From Aplysia californica (lineage: Eukaryota), in the NCBI RefSeq assembly GCF_000002075.1, contig NW_004797656.1:427848-491847 (forward strand): a stretch of 64,000 bases of DNA. Direction: 5' to 3'. A model generated the notes under the pieces. The model was not told the DNA's origin, searched no databases, and saw nothing but the letters and a program-made list of their open reading frames with translations. Position numbers and translations under genes: made by a program. This document shows, in pieces, positions 1-12,792 of this stretch (position 1 is the first letter of the stretch; every line of letters begins with the position of its first letter).

Positions 1-89
1 AAATTTGGTGAACGCACACCGGGTGAGAATAGCCACAAGACTCGCCTGCACTATTCTCACTCCGGGTGAAAATAGAGGTGGCCTTTTCA
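1..89 (+). mobile_element. 3' end of Helentron/HINE-like element (family A)
   Basis: Near-identical to 43319-43407, with subterminal IR GGGTGAGAATAGCCAC and hairpin CTATTCTCAC..GTGA(A/G)AATAG. Confidence 0.7.
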
Positions 90-1712
90 TTACGTTGTAG
101 TCTAGACGCAGTAGGCTTGTAGTGGTGGGCCAAGAATCGATTTGGAACAGAACGAAGACAGATCCCAGTGAATATTGCCTCTGAAAAAAAGAACAGAGGT
201 ATTATATCCAATCCGATTTTAACCAACGGTTCCCCGCTTAGATACCTAGAAAAATCTAGATTGTAGAGATACTATAACTTCAAAATTCTCTTAATTTTTC
301 TTTTTTTGTATGCATGTGTGTTATACAGCGCTCGCAACTGGGTAAGGTCATATATGAACGCACAGGACAATTAAACATAATCCGTTGCTGTATAATGATA
401 GGAGAATACACATTCCATTCCATTGGAAAAAAAGCCATGAATGAAGGGCAGTGTTTTAGTTATAATGCTCATGACAAGTCCGCTGTACCGTTGCCGACAA
501 AATTTTGAGTGAGTCAATTTTCAAACACATCATGTACCAGTTTTGTCGACAAGTTGATAAGTTATTATTAGCTACCGAAGTCCTGCTGTGTTAGTTGTTT
601 AGACTAACTACCTAGACTGACATTTCAAGAGCATTATATAACTCCAAAATGTGAGCAGCCAGCCATGGTATTGCTTCTTTGTACCAATAAAGAAGGAAGT
701 TTAAAAGTTGCTTTCTCTAAAGACCAAACTTGTGTATGATATTGTTTGCTGATAAAACATGTTTTGAAAAATTCAGTTTAACAGAGCTGCCCACACAGAA
801 GGTAGCTTGAGGTGGGGTTGGTGACCTCTGTGTGACCTGGCCAACCGTGACCCAGTCACTCCATCGCTGAGCGAAGTAAGAGAGCGGCGTCTGTACTCCA
901 TGATGAAGATCGTGAAGATCATTGTCAAAGAGTGTATCGATCTTGTATTATGCCCTTTTTTTCCACCTTTTTCTGATTATCTGGGGTTTTTTTTATCCCT
1001 CTCCTTTCAATTCAATCTAAAAATGTAACGTCTGTGAACGAGGCTCTTTATTTTAAAGGCTCTCATTTCTAATTTCTCGGTGTAGGTCAGTGTTGGTTTT
1101 TTTACTTGCACTGTATAGATTGGGCGGGGTACTGCCCTCCCACAATAATCAAAGGGGTCGGGCTACTTGTTACCCGCCAGAAATGTAATTGCAAGTGTCA
1201 GACTAATTGTTACTCGCCGGAAGCAGTCACATGTTTCGGACTAATCGCCACTCACCGCAGGTGTTAGATGAATCGTTACTAGCCGGAAGTATTTGCAGGG
1301 TCAAACTAACACGCTTTGCCGTATGTAGTCATGATACTGGCTTGGGTTTGGAACCACTGGAAGAAATTACAGCGGTGGCTGTACTGAAAGTAATTGCGTT
1401 TGGACTCGATTCTTATGATTCCTGGCTTTCAATGATCGGGAATCTGCGACCGAAAATAAACAGAATTGCCCACCTCTATCCAGTGGTCTCACAGTTCGAG
1501 ATTGCCAAATATAATAGCTCCCTTGAGAAGAATCTATCGTGATAACTAACAGGCCTACAGTTGGCAATGTACCCTATCTCTGCATTGTATATATATGCAA
1601 TTTGGTGATCTTGTAGTTCCGTTCGTTAAAGTCCACAATCCATTTGTTTTCTTCCAGAGAAGAAATCCGGAAGTCTTGATGACCAAATAGGCAACACAAA
1701 GAACAGGGAGGC

Positions 1713-1992
1713 AACCTAACTGCTAAACATCAAATTATGGTTAAAATAAAATTCAGGGGGGCATGCCGCCCTGACCCCCCCCCCCCCCCNNNNNNNNNNN
1801 NNNNNNNNNNNNNNNNNNNNNNNNNNNNNNNNNNNNNNNNNNNNNNNNNNNNNNNNNNNNNNNNNNNNNNNNNNNNNNNNNNNNNNNNNACATTTTTATT
1901 AGGTCGAGCCCCCCTGAAACCCCCCTACTCTTGACTCTTGGGGCCCAAACCGGCGAATAATCATTGGGGGTGGGAAATGCCGAAAAAGCACC
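1713..1992 (+). mobile_element. Partial family-B MITE (GGCGCTTTTTCGG TIR), spans an assembly gap
   Basis: Homologous to the interior and right TIR (GGGGTGGGAA..CCGAAAAAGCACC) of 41170-41439. Confidence 0.7.
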
Positions 1993-2643
1993 ATTCTTTG
2001 CTTGAATTTTGATTTTCTGGCTTTAGTGTTTCCTTCCAGTGTCGCGCTTAGTTCACTCCTGAATGACAACCTGGCAATTCAGGGTCTCTGGCGTTCAGCT
2101 TTAGACTTTAACGAACAAAACTACAGAATCACCTGCAATTTTTAGTGCCAAGTCTGTACGTTATAGTAAAACCATCCATCCAAGAAGACTTACTCATTGT
2201 CACATTGTGTGGAGGACAGTTTGTTAAGTGGTTGTCTTTGACAGGTGGATGTCTTTAGGACACGGTCGTTATATTACAGAAGAAAATGCAAATGGGGAAG
2301 TGGGAAGTAGTCGTTTATAAACAGATGATATTGATTGTCTTGGACAGGTGTCCATTAGAACAGGTTTGACTCCTGTATGATAATTATTATTTAAAAGGCC
2401 CAATAATTATGATATTATTATGATTTAATATCGATTAGGGCTTGTAAGTTGAAGCGGGCTATGGTCCTTTAACGCTTTGATAATTTGAAGTGATATTGCG
2501 ACTGAAAATCATCCGTTCCGCTCACTTTATGTAGTTCTGGGACAGGCCTGAGAAGTCTTTTGCAGTCACTCTTAGCTGGGTGACCAGATGGGGTATTTTG
2601 TACTGCTGGCTGTGTGACTGCAAAGTGTACCTAGATATATATA

Positions 2644-3438
2644 TGTGACTCATCATGGTGAAATCAGGCATTTGTCAAAATGATTAAATTGAAAAAACTA
2701 GCCTTTTAATTTTTTCTCAGGTTTGTCAATTTCTATCAATTTCTTGTTTTTTGGCTCCACAGCTTTTATGACGATTTTAAAACGCATTTCTGGGTGGATT
2801 TTACTGAAAAATGTTGATTACAGGCACAAAAAATGTAAATTTCCTGTTCCCAAGCCTTGGAAGTCACCAAATACACAATTTATTTATACGCTTTTACTGA
2901 TTATTGCAATAATAACTCTATTTGCTGAAAAATTGACAAACGTCTGATTATACCTATGCGCAACGCAAATGTATATTTTATTGCTGTATAAGAACACTTT
3001 TAACAGTGAGGCATCATGGTGAAATCAGGTGCTCATCAAAATAATTAAACCAAAGTAACAGGCATTTTTCTGCACGTTTGTGAATTTTTGTAGAAATTTT
3101 TTTTTGGGCTCGACACCTTTTATATTAAAGAACGCAGTTCTGTGCGGATTTTACTGAAAAACGTTGTTTAAAGGCACACAAAAATGTACATTTTCAATTT
3201 CCAGGGACTCTGAAGCTAAGGAAATTATTACTAATATTTGGCGGCCATTTTCTCACTAATTTTACCTCTGAAACCGGGTGACCCCCACCTCCTTCATTCG
3301 CAAATATCTCGACTTGTATTAAAAATAAATGAATGTTTTTTTTTTCCAAAGCAAGACAAATGAAGCTTTAAGATGATACTATTAACTCTACCTGCCCAAA
3401 AATTGACAAGAGCCTGATTCCACCGCTTTGTGACTCAT
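2644..3438 (+). mobile_element. Two adjacent copies (first truncated) of ~410-bp MITE family G
   Basis: TIR-like TGTG...GGTGAAATCAGGC...TCAAAAT at ~2644 and ~3010, matching GCCTGATTCCACC...GTGACTCA at 3412-3438. Homologous to the copies at 12363, 17559 and 58833. Confidence 0.65.
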
Positions 3439-3471
3439 GATATATTTTTTATTGATTTTGTCAGCATCAAC

Positions 3472-6400
3472 ATGGAGTTTTGGGATCCTGGTCAGGTCGT
3501 TGGGATTCTGATTGTCGCAGTCGTTGTGCTGATTTCTGCATACATATATTTCTGTTGGACACTTGTGCGATGTGACAGCAAGGCCGATTTGACGGGCAAA
3601 GTTGCAATTGTTACTGGTGCCAATACTGGTGAGCTCTTTAATCTGCTTATTTTACCCTACTTTTTACATTAAATTTCAGTTTTCACCTGATTATAGTCCT
3701 GCCTCTGATTTTCATACAGCAATGACAATGACAATCTTTATTCATCTCGCAATGAGAAATGTGTCTTGGTTGTTAACAATGACAGTTGACGTTACAAAGA
3801 TTAGGTACACTCACGCATACGTACAACAAGACANNNNNNNNNNNNNNNNNNNNNNNNNNNNNNNNNNNNNNNNNNNNNNNNNNNNNNNNNNNNNNNNNNN
3901 NNNNNNNNNNNNNNNNNNNNNNNNNNNNNNNNNNNNNNNNNNNNNNNNNNNNNNNNNNNNNNNNNNNNNNNNNNNNNNNNNNNNNNNNNNNNNNNNNNNN
4001 NNAGTAACCAGTAACCTCACTGCAGTAGGTACGAATGAATTTCTCATATATATATCTGTCTGTTCTTGCTTTTTTGGAAATGTATTGTTTCCTGTGGGTC
4101 AATAGTTGAAATTCCGATGTCAGTGGGTGGCTACGGTTACTTAACATTATTTCCGCCTTTCTTAGAACGTTTGACAGTGTGAATGGATGCTTTTTAAGCA
4201 AGGTGCTCACAGGTGAACATGAAGTTGACGCCCAAGTGCTTATGTGGATCTAAGGAAGGGTGCTTACGAGGTGTTATCGGATACCCACACTATGAGTGTA
4301 TCATAAGTAGTTCAGTTACTACATTTGCTCTGCTATGTATAATGAACCCAAAGGCCTGGACAATCAATTTTCCTCCATCTTTAGAATCTCAATGTCTGTG
4401 TGAAAGACAGTTGTTTTCAGTCGTTCTGGTGTGTTCTGCTATTTCTGCTTTATTCAATGCTGCTTTGAATTATTTATGCTTTGTTACTTTTTTGTGGGAA
4501 AATATTTTCCCCAAGGAATTTTGTGTTTGATTCTTTATTTTTTATTTCCATTTCACAAATTTGAAAACAAGATTACTTTTCAATTCTTGGGTTTTTTGTT
4601 GTCAAGTGAATGTATCAATCCCAAAGTCTATACAGTGAAACTGGGAAATAACAGAAGTCGCCGGGCCTGACAGCCACCCAAACGACCTCTCTTAACCTTG
4701 ACACACACTTGGACACATCTTTTTTATGCGTATGTCAACAACAGACTTGTTGGTGTGAAAAAAAGTTTCCAATTTTTTTTGCATGAGGTGACTGCAATAG
4801 ACTAGGCTAAGCATGTAATGATCCACTTTGCAAGTGCGATTGATGGTCTCATGGAATAGAGTAGATAAGCTTCGTTGAGGAAGAAAAATGCATGAAGCCT
4901 CGTCAGCAGGGGCTGTTTGCTGTGGAAGCTACTTCGTTGAATCCGAGTTTGCTCGTTTATGTATTCGTTGAATCCCAAGTTATTTTGTTGATTTTATTGA
5001 ATTTTTAAAAGCAGTAAATGCGTCGCCTTTTGTTGAATCCAAGTTTTCATTGAATCTGAGTTCCACTGTGCATGACCTGTCACATGTTAATTAATGCTTT
5101 AGTGTGAATAAATTTAATGAAAAAATTGAGGGTCACTCTCCACTGTAAGTCTGCCAAAGTAAACTCCTGTTTAACTATTAATGGTCAGGTATCTGATATT
5201 GAGTAGATAATGCTGGCGTGATTTCAACTCTATTTGAGTTGCATGTTTTGTGGATGTTGAAATGACATACATTATGATACATTTGTCCTTCACAGGGATT
5301 GGTTACCACACGGCTCTAGACCTTGCAAAAAGAAATGCCAGAGTTATTCTCGCTTGTCGCAACAAGGAAAAGGCTGAACAGGCCAGGGATGAAATCATTG
5401 CTGCGTCTCAGAACAAGAGTGTGGTGGTGCAGATTGTGGACTTGTGCTTGATGAAATCAGTGCGAGATTTTGTGGGAAGAATTGTGGCAGAAGAGCGACG
5501 GCTTGACATTCTTGTGAACAATGCTGGAGTTGTTTGTGAGTTCATATATTAGTAATTCATGCCTTCGTTTTCCCTTCTTTCATGTGTTTAATAATTGAAT
5601 GCTTAGAGAGTATCACTGACAAATTAAACTTCTGTCTTATCTGCTCATTATTCTGTTTAATAGTTTGTTTATCTTTTTAAACACATTTGACCATATATTT
5701 TTAATATGCCTGAGGTTTAGTTTTAGTAAGGTTTTACTGCGCCCACAACTGGTTAAGGTCATATGAGTACCAAGGGGTGGATGTCAGCTGACAAGTCCAA
5801 ACGGAAAATCAGGCTTACTCTTCTCACCTCTCAAACCTCAACAGCACAAAGTCTGCTGTGACTATCAAGGCACCCAGGAAATAACAGTTCACAAGAGAGT
5901 GACAAACATACAAAAGAAGTAGAGGAAAAATGACAATAGTTAGGATGAGGAAAGAAAAAGCAGCAGTTCCCCCTATATATATTGTTCTGGTTGTTCTGGC
6001 ACAATATGAGCATGACATTGATAAATCAGTCCATTTACAATTCTACTGTGCATAAGAACATGTTAATACAGTTAATATCCCCTCTTTGGGAATGGCCTAA
6101 AGACACCTTCAGTCAGTAGCACTGCCCTGGTGGTAATCCATTCAGTCGTGCCTATATCATTTTTTGTTGTGATTGATGGTGGGTGCCTTTGTCTGACCTG
6201 CTCCTTTAATTTTTTTTCTGTAAAACTGCTGTCATTATCCATTCCTGTTCACATAAATATAGTGATTTATTGTTCTGACTTAGAGTAAGTAAGTCTTCAA
6301 CTACCACATCTTTTTAATGCCCTTGTTAGAAGAAACAACCTTTCAGTGTTCTTAAGAAAAGATAATGCATGCTTTTATTCATTTTCCCCAGCTACTTGAA

Positions 6401-9400
6401 TGTATTCAGGCTTGGTAAGTTAAAGAGATATCCCATAGAATTTTGGAGAGAAATATGGCCGAGAACCTATGTTTGCATGAACTTGGCTTTCACCATCATA
6501 TTATATATCCCCTAAAACTTCAAAGAAAAACCCTATGTTGATGTGTGGATACTTTACAGTATAATTTATTAACTGGGCACACTCTTTTCAAGATGAGCTT
6601 AGAAAATGGGTCAACTACTTCCAGAACTAAGACATGTGGTGACCAAAAAAAAAGTGCATGTTTCAATCGCCATCAGTTTTATGTCTCCTCTTGTCATATA
6701 CTCTCAGTGAAGATTGCTACACTGTTCTCATGTTCATGCTCTTTTTCACTTTCAGCTGCAGGGAAACCAAGAGAAGTGACGGATGAGGGTTTTGAGACAC
6801 TGTTTGCAGCTAACTATTTTGGTCCATTCCTTCTCACTAATTTGTTATTAGGTATGTTGATGTGCAAAAGGAAGCCGTTACTGTTTTTGCTTTAAAAAAA
6901 AATATTTTAGTTATTCTTATTAATATGTATGTATGTATGTATGTAAGAATGAATAATGCGCGTTAGAGAGTGTTTTCTGGGAATAATGTTGGAGAAAGAC
7001 TTTGTTTGTGTCTTTAGAGTAATTGGGATGTTTGTTCTGTCTTTGGGTCAAAGAGCAGAGCCTTTTGTTTTAAGATCTTTTTCCTTCAGCATGTGTCAAA
7101 AATACTGAAGAGATAGGATTAGAAATGAATATTTTTTTTACATATAATTTAACTCTAAAGAAACCATAGAGTTTACAAATGTTCTAACTGGATTTTTTTT
7201 AAACGGTGTGTAACAGGGGAGAATCCTGTCACCGTGTGTGTTTTCTCAAAGGGGCATTTTTGTTTGTTTTCCAGATTTAATGAAAAAGTCAACCCCTAGT
7301 CGCATTGTCAATGTGTCATCTGTCGTCAACAAGTTTGGCACCATAGACTTCAATAACCTTCAGGCAGAAAAGTCCTTTCAGTATCACGCCCGATACTTTG
7401 ACAGCAAGCTGGCCTTTGTATTATTCACCCGGGAGTTGGCGAAAAGGCTTGAGGGATCAGGTATGGCATCTGTGTATCCGTCTATCATAGCATTGTGAAT
7501 TATTTGAGTGACCTTACTGATCTCACAGCGAAAAAAGCATCCTGTTTGTCCATAACTTTTTTTATAATAGACCTGTCTCCCCCTATCTTTCTCATTTTCC
7601 CATCTCCACTTTTACCCTTTTACTCAAAAATATTAATTAGCCTAACGTCATTGATTAAAGTGTCGTTTATTTTTTTAAATATATAGCAGAATATGTGTTT
7701 TTAAAAGCCCAATTGGGGCCAGCACAAATGATGGAGAACCAGTTGTTTTCTTATAGACTAAGAAATAAAAATGTGCAGTCTTTAATGTGTTGCTGCTCTC
7801 ATTTAAATCTCAACCATCAATGTAAACAAATTACTCCTTAGACCTGATTTCTCCAATTGTTCAAAGGAAGCAAGGTTGACAGTCCCATTTTCCTTAAGAG
7901 CAACGGTAGGGAAAAAAAACTTCTATTAAAAAAACTATAACTGGTTGTTAGGAATTAAAATAAAGTATCACTCTTTAAGACTAAAATGCTCTGCAACCAA
8001 TGTTTTGTGTCTTTTATTGTTGCAGGTGTAACTGCCAATGTCCTTCATCCAGGGAGTGTGTACACTGATCTCCTCAGGCACTTGAATCCTTTGATCAGGA
8101 TTCCAATCCTTGTTTTCATGAGATTCTTTTGCAGGGTAAGTTCACGATATTGCAAAATCGCCCTGACTGTGCTATCATTTACTTCTTATTGTTTTTCTTC
8201 CTTTGCATGCTTTTTCATTTTTAGCCAATGTACAATTATGCTGATGGATTGGCTTGGGTAAAGAAATTGAGCTGACCCGTCTAAACTTGTCAAATGGAAA
8301 TGAGCTTCAATAGACTCTGGAGAAGTCTTCTTGATATTTTTTGCCCGAGCTGTTGATCTACATTAGAACAGCGGTATTGGTTAAAGTACACATTCTATTG
8401 TGTCTCACATTTTATTCATACAAGTTACAACAATTCAAGTACACCTATAAGTGGATTTCGTGAGACATTCGAACCTTTATTGTTCCCCCATTGTTTTACT
8501 GGCCTTTGAGTCTTGAGAGTTATTCTGAGTGGTAAGTGACTTGACACCGAAAAACTGATGCACTTGAGTAACGTCAATCAGGTCATCATGCTATTGTACC
8601 TTGACCGCAGCTCAAAGAAGCCTGGCCGAGTTTTCTCTCCACTCTTTGTAGCAGCTCACGCAAAAAAGAGTTCCGAGGTGTGACATAAGAACACCCCCCC
8701 CACCCCTCCATTAGATGTCAAGAGTGCGGGAAGAAAGTCTGCTAGGAACAAGATTTTTGCCCCCACCCCCTTTTCTGATTGTATTCTACAGCCATCATGC
8801 TTCTTTTCCATGTCATACACTTGTTGTTTCGGTAGTGCTTTTATTGTTAAGCAATATTGCCAAAAACAGCCTGATTCCTTTTTGAGTCAAAACATATTTA
8901 TAATATTTTGTCTTTTAGTTTCAACGATACATCCACAAGTCATCAACTGGCTCGTCAATGTCTGCCTTTCTATTTTTTTTAAAGTGTTTGTATTGTACTA
9001 GTCTGTCTGTTCCCAGGTGCCAACTAGCTGAACCCTTATATAAATACTTGTATTACAACACAACAAAAGATGCAATGTTTGTTTGTTAAATTTGTTTTTA
9101 ACCATTGTTTCTCTCTGTGATCTAGTATTGTGTAATATAGTGTAAAGCGCATAGAGCCTGCTGTTGAGCGGGGATATGCGCTATACAAATACTATCTATT
9201 ATTATTATTATTATTATTGTGTAAAAGTAAAAGGTATAACTAATGAATTTCATTATATTTTTTTTTTATTCGCTTCAGTTAGTATAATGAACTAATTTGA
9301 AAGACTTTTTTCCCATTAATGTTTTTTTGAACTGGTAGGGCCAATTTATTTTAAAATAGATTTTTTTTAGACTGAAATGTTGACCTTAATTGAAATAGTC

Positions 9401-9632
9401 TAATGAACTGAAATGTTTATTCGGTGGAAATTTTTTCCAACAGTCTCCGGAAGAAGGGGCCCAGACGAGCATTTACTTGGCTGTCTCCGAAGATGTGGCT
9501 GAGATCTCTGGGAAATACTTTGTGGACTGTGACATCCAGGAAAAAGAAGCCAATCCGGTGTCACGGAATATGGAGCTGGCTGCCAAGTTGTGGAAAGTGT
9601 CTGCTGAACTGACTGGCTTGGAAAGTAACTGA
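3472..9632 (+). CDS. Retinol dehydrogenase 11/12/13/14-like short-chain dehydrogenase/reductase (SDR7C type), 6 coding exons, 325 aa
   Basis: Exons 3472-3628, 5296-5535, 6756-6851, 7275-7460, 8026-8135, 9444-9632 join in frame through GT-AG introns (978 nt incl. TGA). Has an N-terminal hydrophobic anchor, TGANTGIG Rossmann motif, ILACR, LDILVNNAG, NYFGPFLLT, RIVNVSS, catalytic YFDSK, HPGSVYTDL and SPEEGAQTSIYLA...SGKYF.DC. Exact paralog cannot be assigned. Confidence 0.93.
3720..4210 (-). mobile_element. 3' fragment of a CR1-group (Rex/Babar-like) LINE
   Basis: Minus-strand peptide KAEIMLSNRSHPLTSEFQLL...KARTDR...RNSFVPTAVRLL is typical of the ORF2 C-terminus. Ends in an AATAAAG(ATTGTC)n tail near 3720-3742. 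Confidence 0.65.
4634..5068. mobile_element. Degenerate pogo/Tigger-like MITE
   Basis: TA-CAGTGAAACT ... AGTTCCACTG ends, with about 5 subterminal copies of TTCGTTGAATCCGAG. Confidence 0.45.
5714..5972 (-). mobile_element. Long variant of retroposon family E
   Basis: Carries the shared tail (plus strand GTTTTAC..CGC.CACAACTGGTTAAGGTCATATGAG) and family-E body (ACAAGAGAGTGACAAACATA..GAGGAAAGAAAAAGCA), with ~120 extra nt between them. Confidence 0.55.
9136..9218 (+). mobile_element. 3' tail fragment of tRNA-SINE family D
   Basis: GTGTAAAGCGCATAGAGCCTGCTGTTGAGCGGGGATATGCGCTATACAAAT+(ATT)n, identical to the tails at ~55694 and ~31285. Confidence 0.8.
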
Positions 9633-9974
9633 ATTCAAATTGGGTGCTCAATAATTTAACTGAAAAAGGGAATCAATGGAAATGGAATGAGCTTACTGTT
9701 TGAACTTTGTCAGAAAGGGTACAAGAGAAAAATGTCTGCTAAATATACTGGCTTGGAAATTGAATGAATGGAAGGTCGCTGCTGAAGTAAGAGGCTTGGG
9801 ATTTGAATGAGTTGAGAAATCTCACCAGAAAGTGCTAGTGGGGTTTGAAAGTGTCTGTTGAATTGGATGGCATGAAAAGTCAAAAGTAGAATGATTTATT
9901 GCTGAACTGGCCAGGAAAATGAATGAGTGCCTTACTCGAAACTAAAGAAATTATGCTTGAAGGAGGTATATATA

Positions 9975-10121
9975 CAGCGGAGCCTGCTCTGACGACCATC
10001 TATTCAAGATATTTATTGCATTTTTAAAAATATTATAATGTCACTGTGCAAGAGGACTACCTATCTAAGATAACAGTTTCTCTCCTCAACAAAAGGTGGC
10101 TGTCTTGGACAAGTTTGACTG
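9975..10121. mobile_element. Short Tc1/pogo-type MITE (family F related)
   Basis: TA|CAGCGGAGCCTG ... CAAGTTTGACTG|TA; related to the 15061-16667 elements. Confidence 0.55.
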
Positions 10122-10752
10122 TAATTTATACTCTGCGTTTCATGACAAATTGAATTCTGAAATAATTCATCTTAATCTCGATAATAAATGTTTGTGCATT
10201 ATTTTAATTATGTGAAAAAAGACCTTTCTGTTATCATACTTCATTTGTTACCATTCATCTGCCTCATTTTGATGGAATGACAATGTTGATGTGATTTTCT
10301 GCTCTCTTCTGCAACAAGCTTGTTCAGTATCAGCAAAGTTTTGTTCATGTTATAGTTATAGAGACATTATTTTAGTGCAGTGACAGTTGCAATAATACAC
10401 TGCAAAGCTTCAGATGAAAATAAAAGAAAGAGATTGGAAAGAACATGGGCTACCCTATAGCTACTGATTGATATCAGTACATAAAGTGGTTCTTTTGACT
10501 TCATGAGTTTAAGAAACGTGAGATATTTCAGATTACCAGATTATTTGTTCTGTTATCATTCCTTTTTCTGGCCATGTGACCTTTGGAAGCAACATTGGTG
10601 GGTCCCATTTCTTCTATCTCCCTCTGATGGTTTTTATCTTTGTGCCTTGTTTTTTCCTGACACTAAATGACCCTCATCATTTTGACTTGCTTCTTTACTC
10701 AAACAGAACCTTTTCCCCAAGTGACTTTTAGTACTTCTCATTTCTTATTTAA

Positions 10753-11448
10753 CCCTTAAAACCCTGAATTCTTTTTTTTCATACCTCCCTAGAATCCTGA
10801 ATTAAAATTGAGATACTAGAAAAAATTAGGTTGGTTCATTATTTTGTTTACTGTGTTTGTAATTGTTGTTAGATTTTACTGAAGTTTGAAAATGTTATTT
10901 ATATATGAATGCACAGTCTGAACAAAAGGGGAAAAGGTTAAAACACTGGTTTTTAGGACCAACTCTATGAGTTAAGTCTTGTGTGTGATCCCCGACACAA
11001 TTTCAGTCAAAGTATCATTAGACCCAGCCGTAGATCTAGCCTCTGGTAGCTTTAGTGGTGATCTCCTGCCAATTCCACTATCGTCAAAATCATCACCGAT
11101 GTTATTCGGAACATTACAATCGTCTTCAACGGTCATATTTATCGATATATCCGACTGGGAGATCATTATTGGGGTCTGGTTTGGATCAAAAATGTCAAAA
11201 ATTTTGCGGCCTGTAGGGCCAAGCAGCGAAAAGTGACTAATTTTTCTTAAAAACTCGCAAAATTTCCAAACTTTCGGTGTAGAACTGCTCTCATGACATT
11301 ATCGGTACTTTCTGCTCGCGACAGAGTCATCTGGAGTTACATCCCCTGTTTCTAGCACTGGGAATTAAACGATAAAGTCGACCAGCGGTTACCAGCGGTA
11401 TAGGAAAATAAGGCGTCAGCGGTTACCAGCGGTATAGGGTTTTAAGGG
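10753..11448 (-). mobile_element. Non-autonomous piggyBac derivative
   Basis: TTAA on both sides, 13-bp TIR CCCTTAAAACCCT/AGGGTTTTAAGGG, subterminal direct repeat CAGCGGTTACCAGCGGTATAGG x2, and an acidic minus-strand ORF remnant at 10972-11166. Confidence 0.8.
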
Positions 11449-12362
11449 TTAACAATCTATCAAGTTCTAAAAACTCAAATATGTGTGCCATCTGCTCATT
11501 CTACTACTTGTTATCAGTGTTTCTGTTGTCCTTGGCAAAATGACTGAACACACTCAACGCAAGCAACAGCTGGGAAGAGCAAGGTCTAAAATAACTATTT
11601 TTTTAGATTTGTTGATGCTCATCAGTTGAGTTTGAGATAACTGTGAGTTTGCATTGTTACAGCCAGTGTTGTGACATCTTACACTGAAGTTGATGGTGGG
11701 CAATTATTTGCCCCTTTGTAGGAAACATTGTAGGATGGCACATTCCATACAGTGTTACTGTAGTGTGTTTGTTTGCGATTTGCTATTATAGTACATTATA
11801 CTATATGTTGTGTTGAAAATATGTGTGTAAGTTGTGTTAGTAATATGTATGTGGTATATATGTGTGGATTTTAAATGCACTTAGAAACTGTTTTTATAAT
11901 ATTGTATTCCTATTCTTACGAATGAGGAGTTGTTAGACGGATTTCTTGACTACAATATGTTACATGGACTATATTATCAATTTCAAATAAACCTGGTCTA
12001 TGAGGGACTTAAATGGGCTGTATTTTGCCCTTCTTTTTTATATCTTTTTTTTATCTGGCATCCTTATTTTACCCAATGGGTGCCATTGTTTCATCACAGC
12101 TGAGCCTTCAACAGATGCAGCATACCTATGAAATATGCATAATGGTGTCTTCTCAGCTGTGTTTTCTTCTTATGATGGATGTATTTATTTTATATACATG
12201 TACCATAATGATTGTACTCAAAGAACTCTGAAAGCCATACGCACAAAAGAATGAGAGGAGATTTTAATGTGTCACCATAAGACACACTGACAAAAGGATG
12301 AGAAGAGTTTTATGTGTCTCCATATTATCTGTAACAAGTCCCAATTTTATCTTTTTAAAAAG

Positions 12363-12792
12363 TGTCTTGATGCAGTGGAATCAGGCATTTATCAAAATAA
12401 TGAAATCGAAAAAGTCCACATTTTCCCGTTGGATGAGCACTTTTTAGCAAATTTTTTGTTTTGGGTTCAACTCAAAATGGAAACACATTCATGTGTGGAT
12501 TTTGTTGAAAAATGTTGATCAAAGACACACAAAAAAATGGAAATTTGCAGTTTCCAAAGATACTGCAGCTTTGTAACGCAAGTCACCAAACTTTGGTGGC
12601 CATTGTCTCGCTAATTTTACTTCAGACCCCAGGCTACCCCCCACTTCTTTCAAACATGAAAATCTCAGCTTCTATTCAAGATAGATGGGTATTTTTTTCA
12701 TTAAAAGCAAGACAAATAAACAAGCTTTAAGATAATACAAATTACTCCATAATAAAAAAATGACAAAGTGTGATTCCACCGTGTCATGACAC
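12363..12792 (+). mobile_element. MITE family G copy
   Basis: TGTCTTGATGCAGTGGAATCAGGC ... GTGATTCCACCGTGTCATGACACA; interior homologous to 3010-3438. Confidence 0.7.

Noticed and set aside
3773-4105. ORFs spanning N-runs (also at 51187-51598 and 59361-59792)
   Set aside because: Artefacts of translating through assembly gaps.
9630-9653. TGA readthrough or selenocysteine at the RDH stop
   Set aside because: The protein is complete at the family-typical end, a TAA follows six codons later, and no SECIS was recognised.
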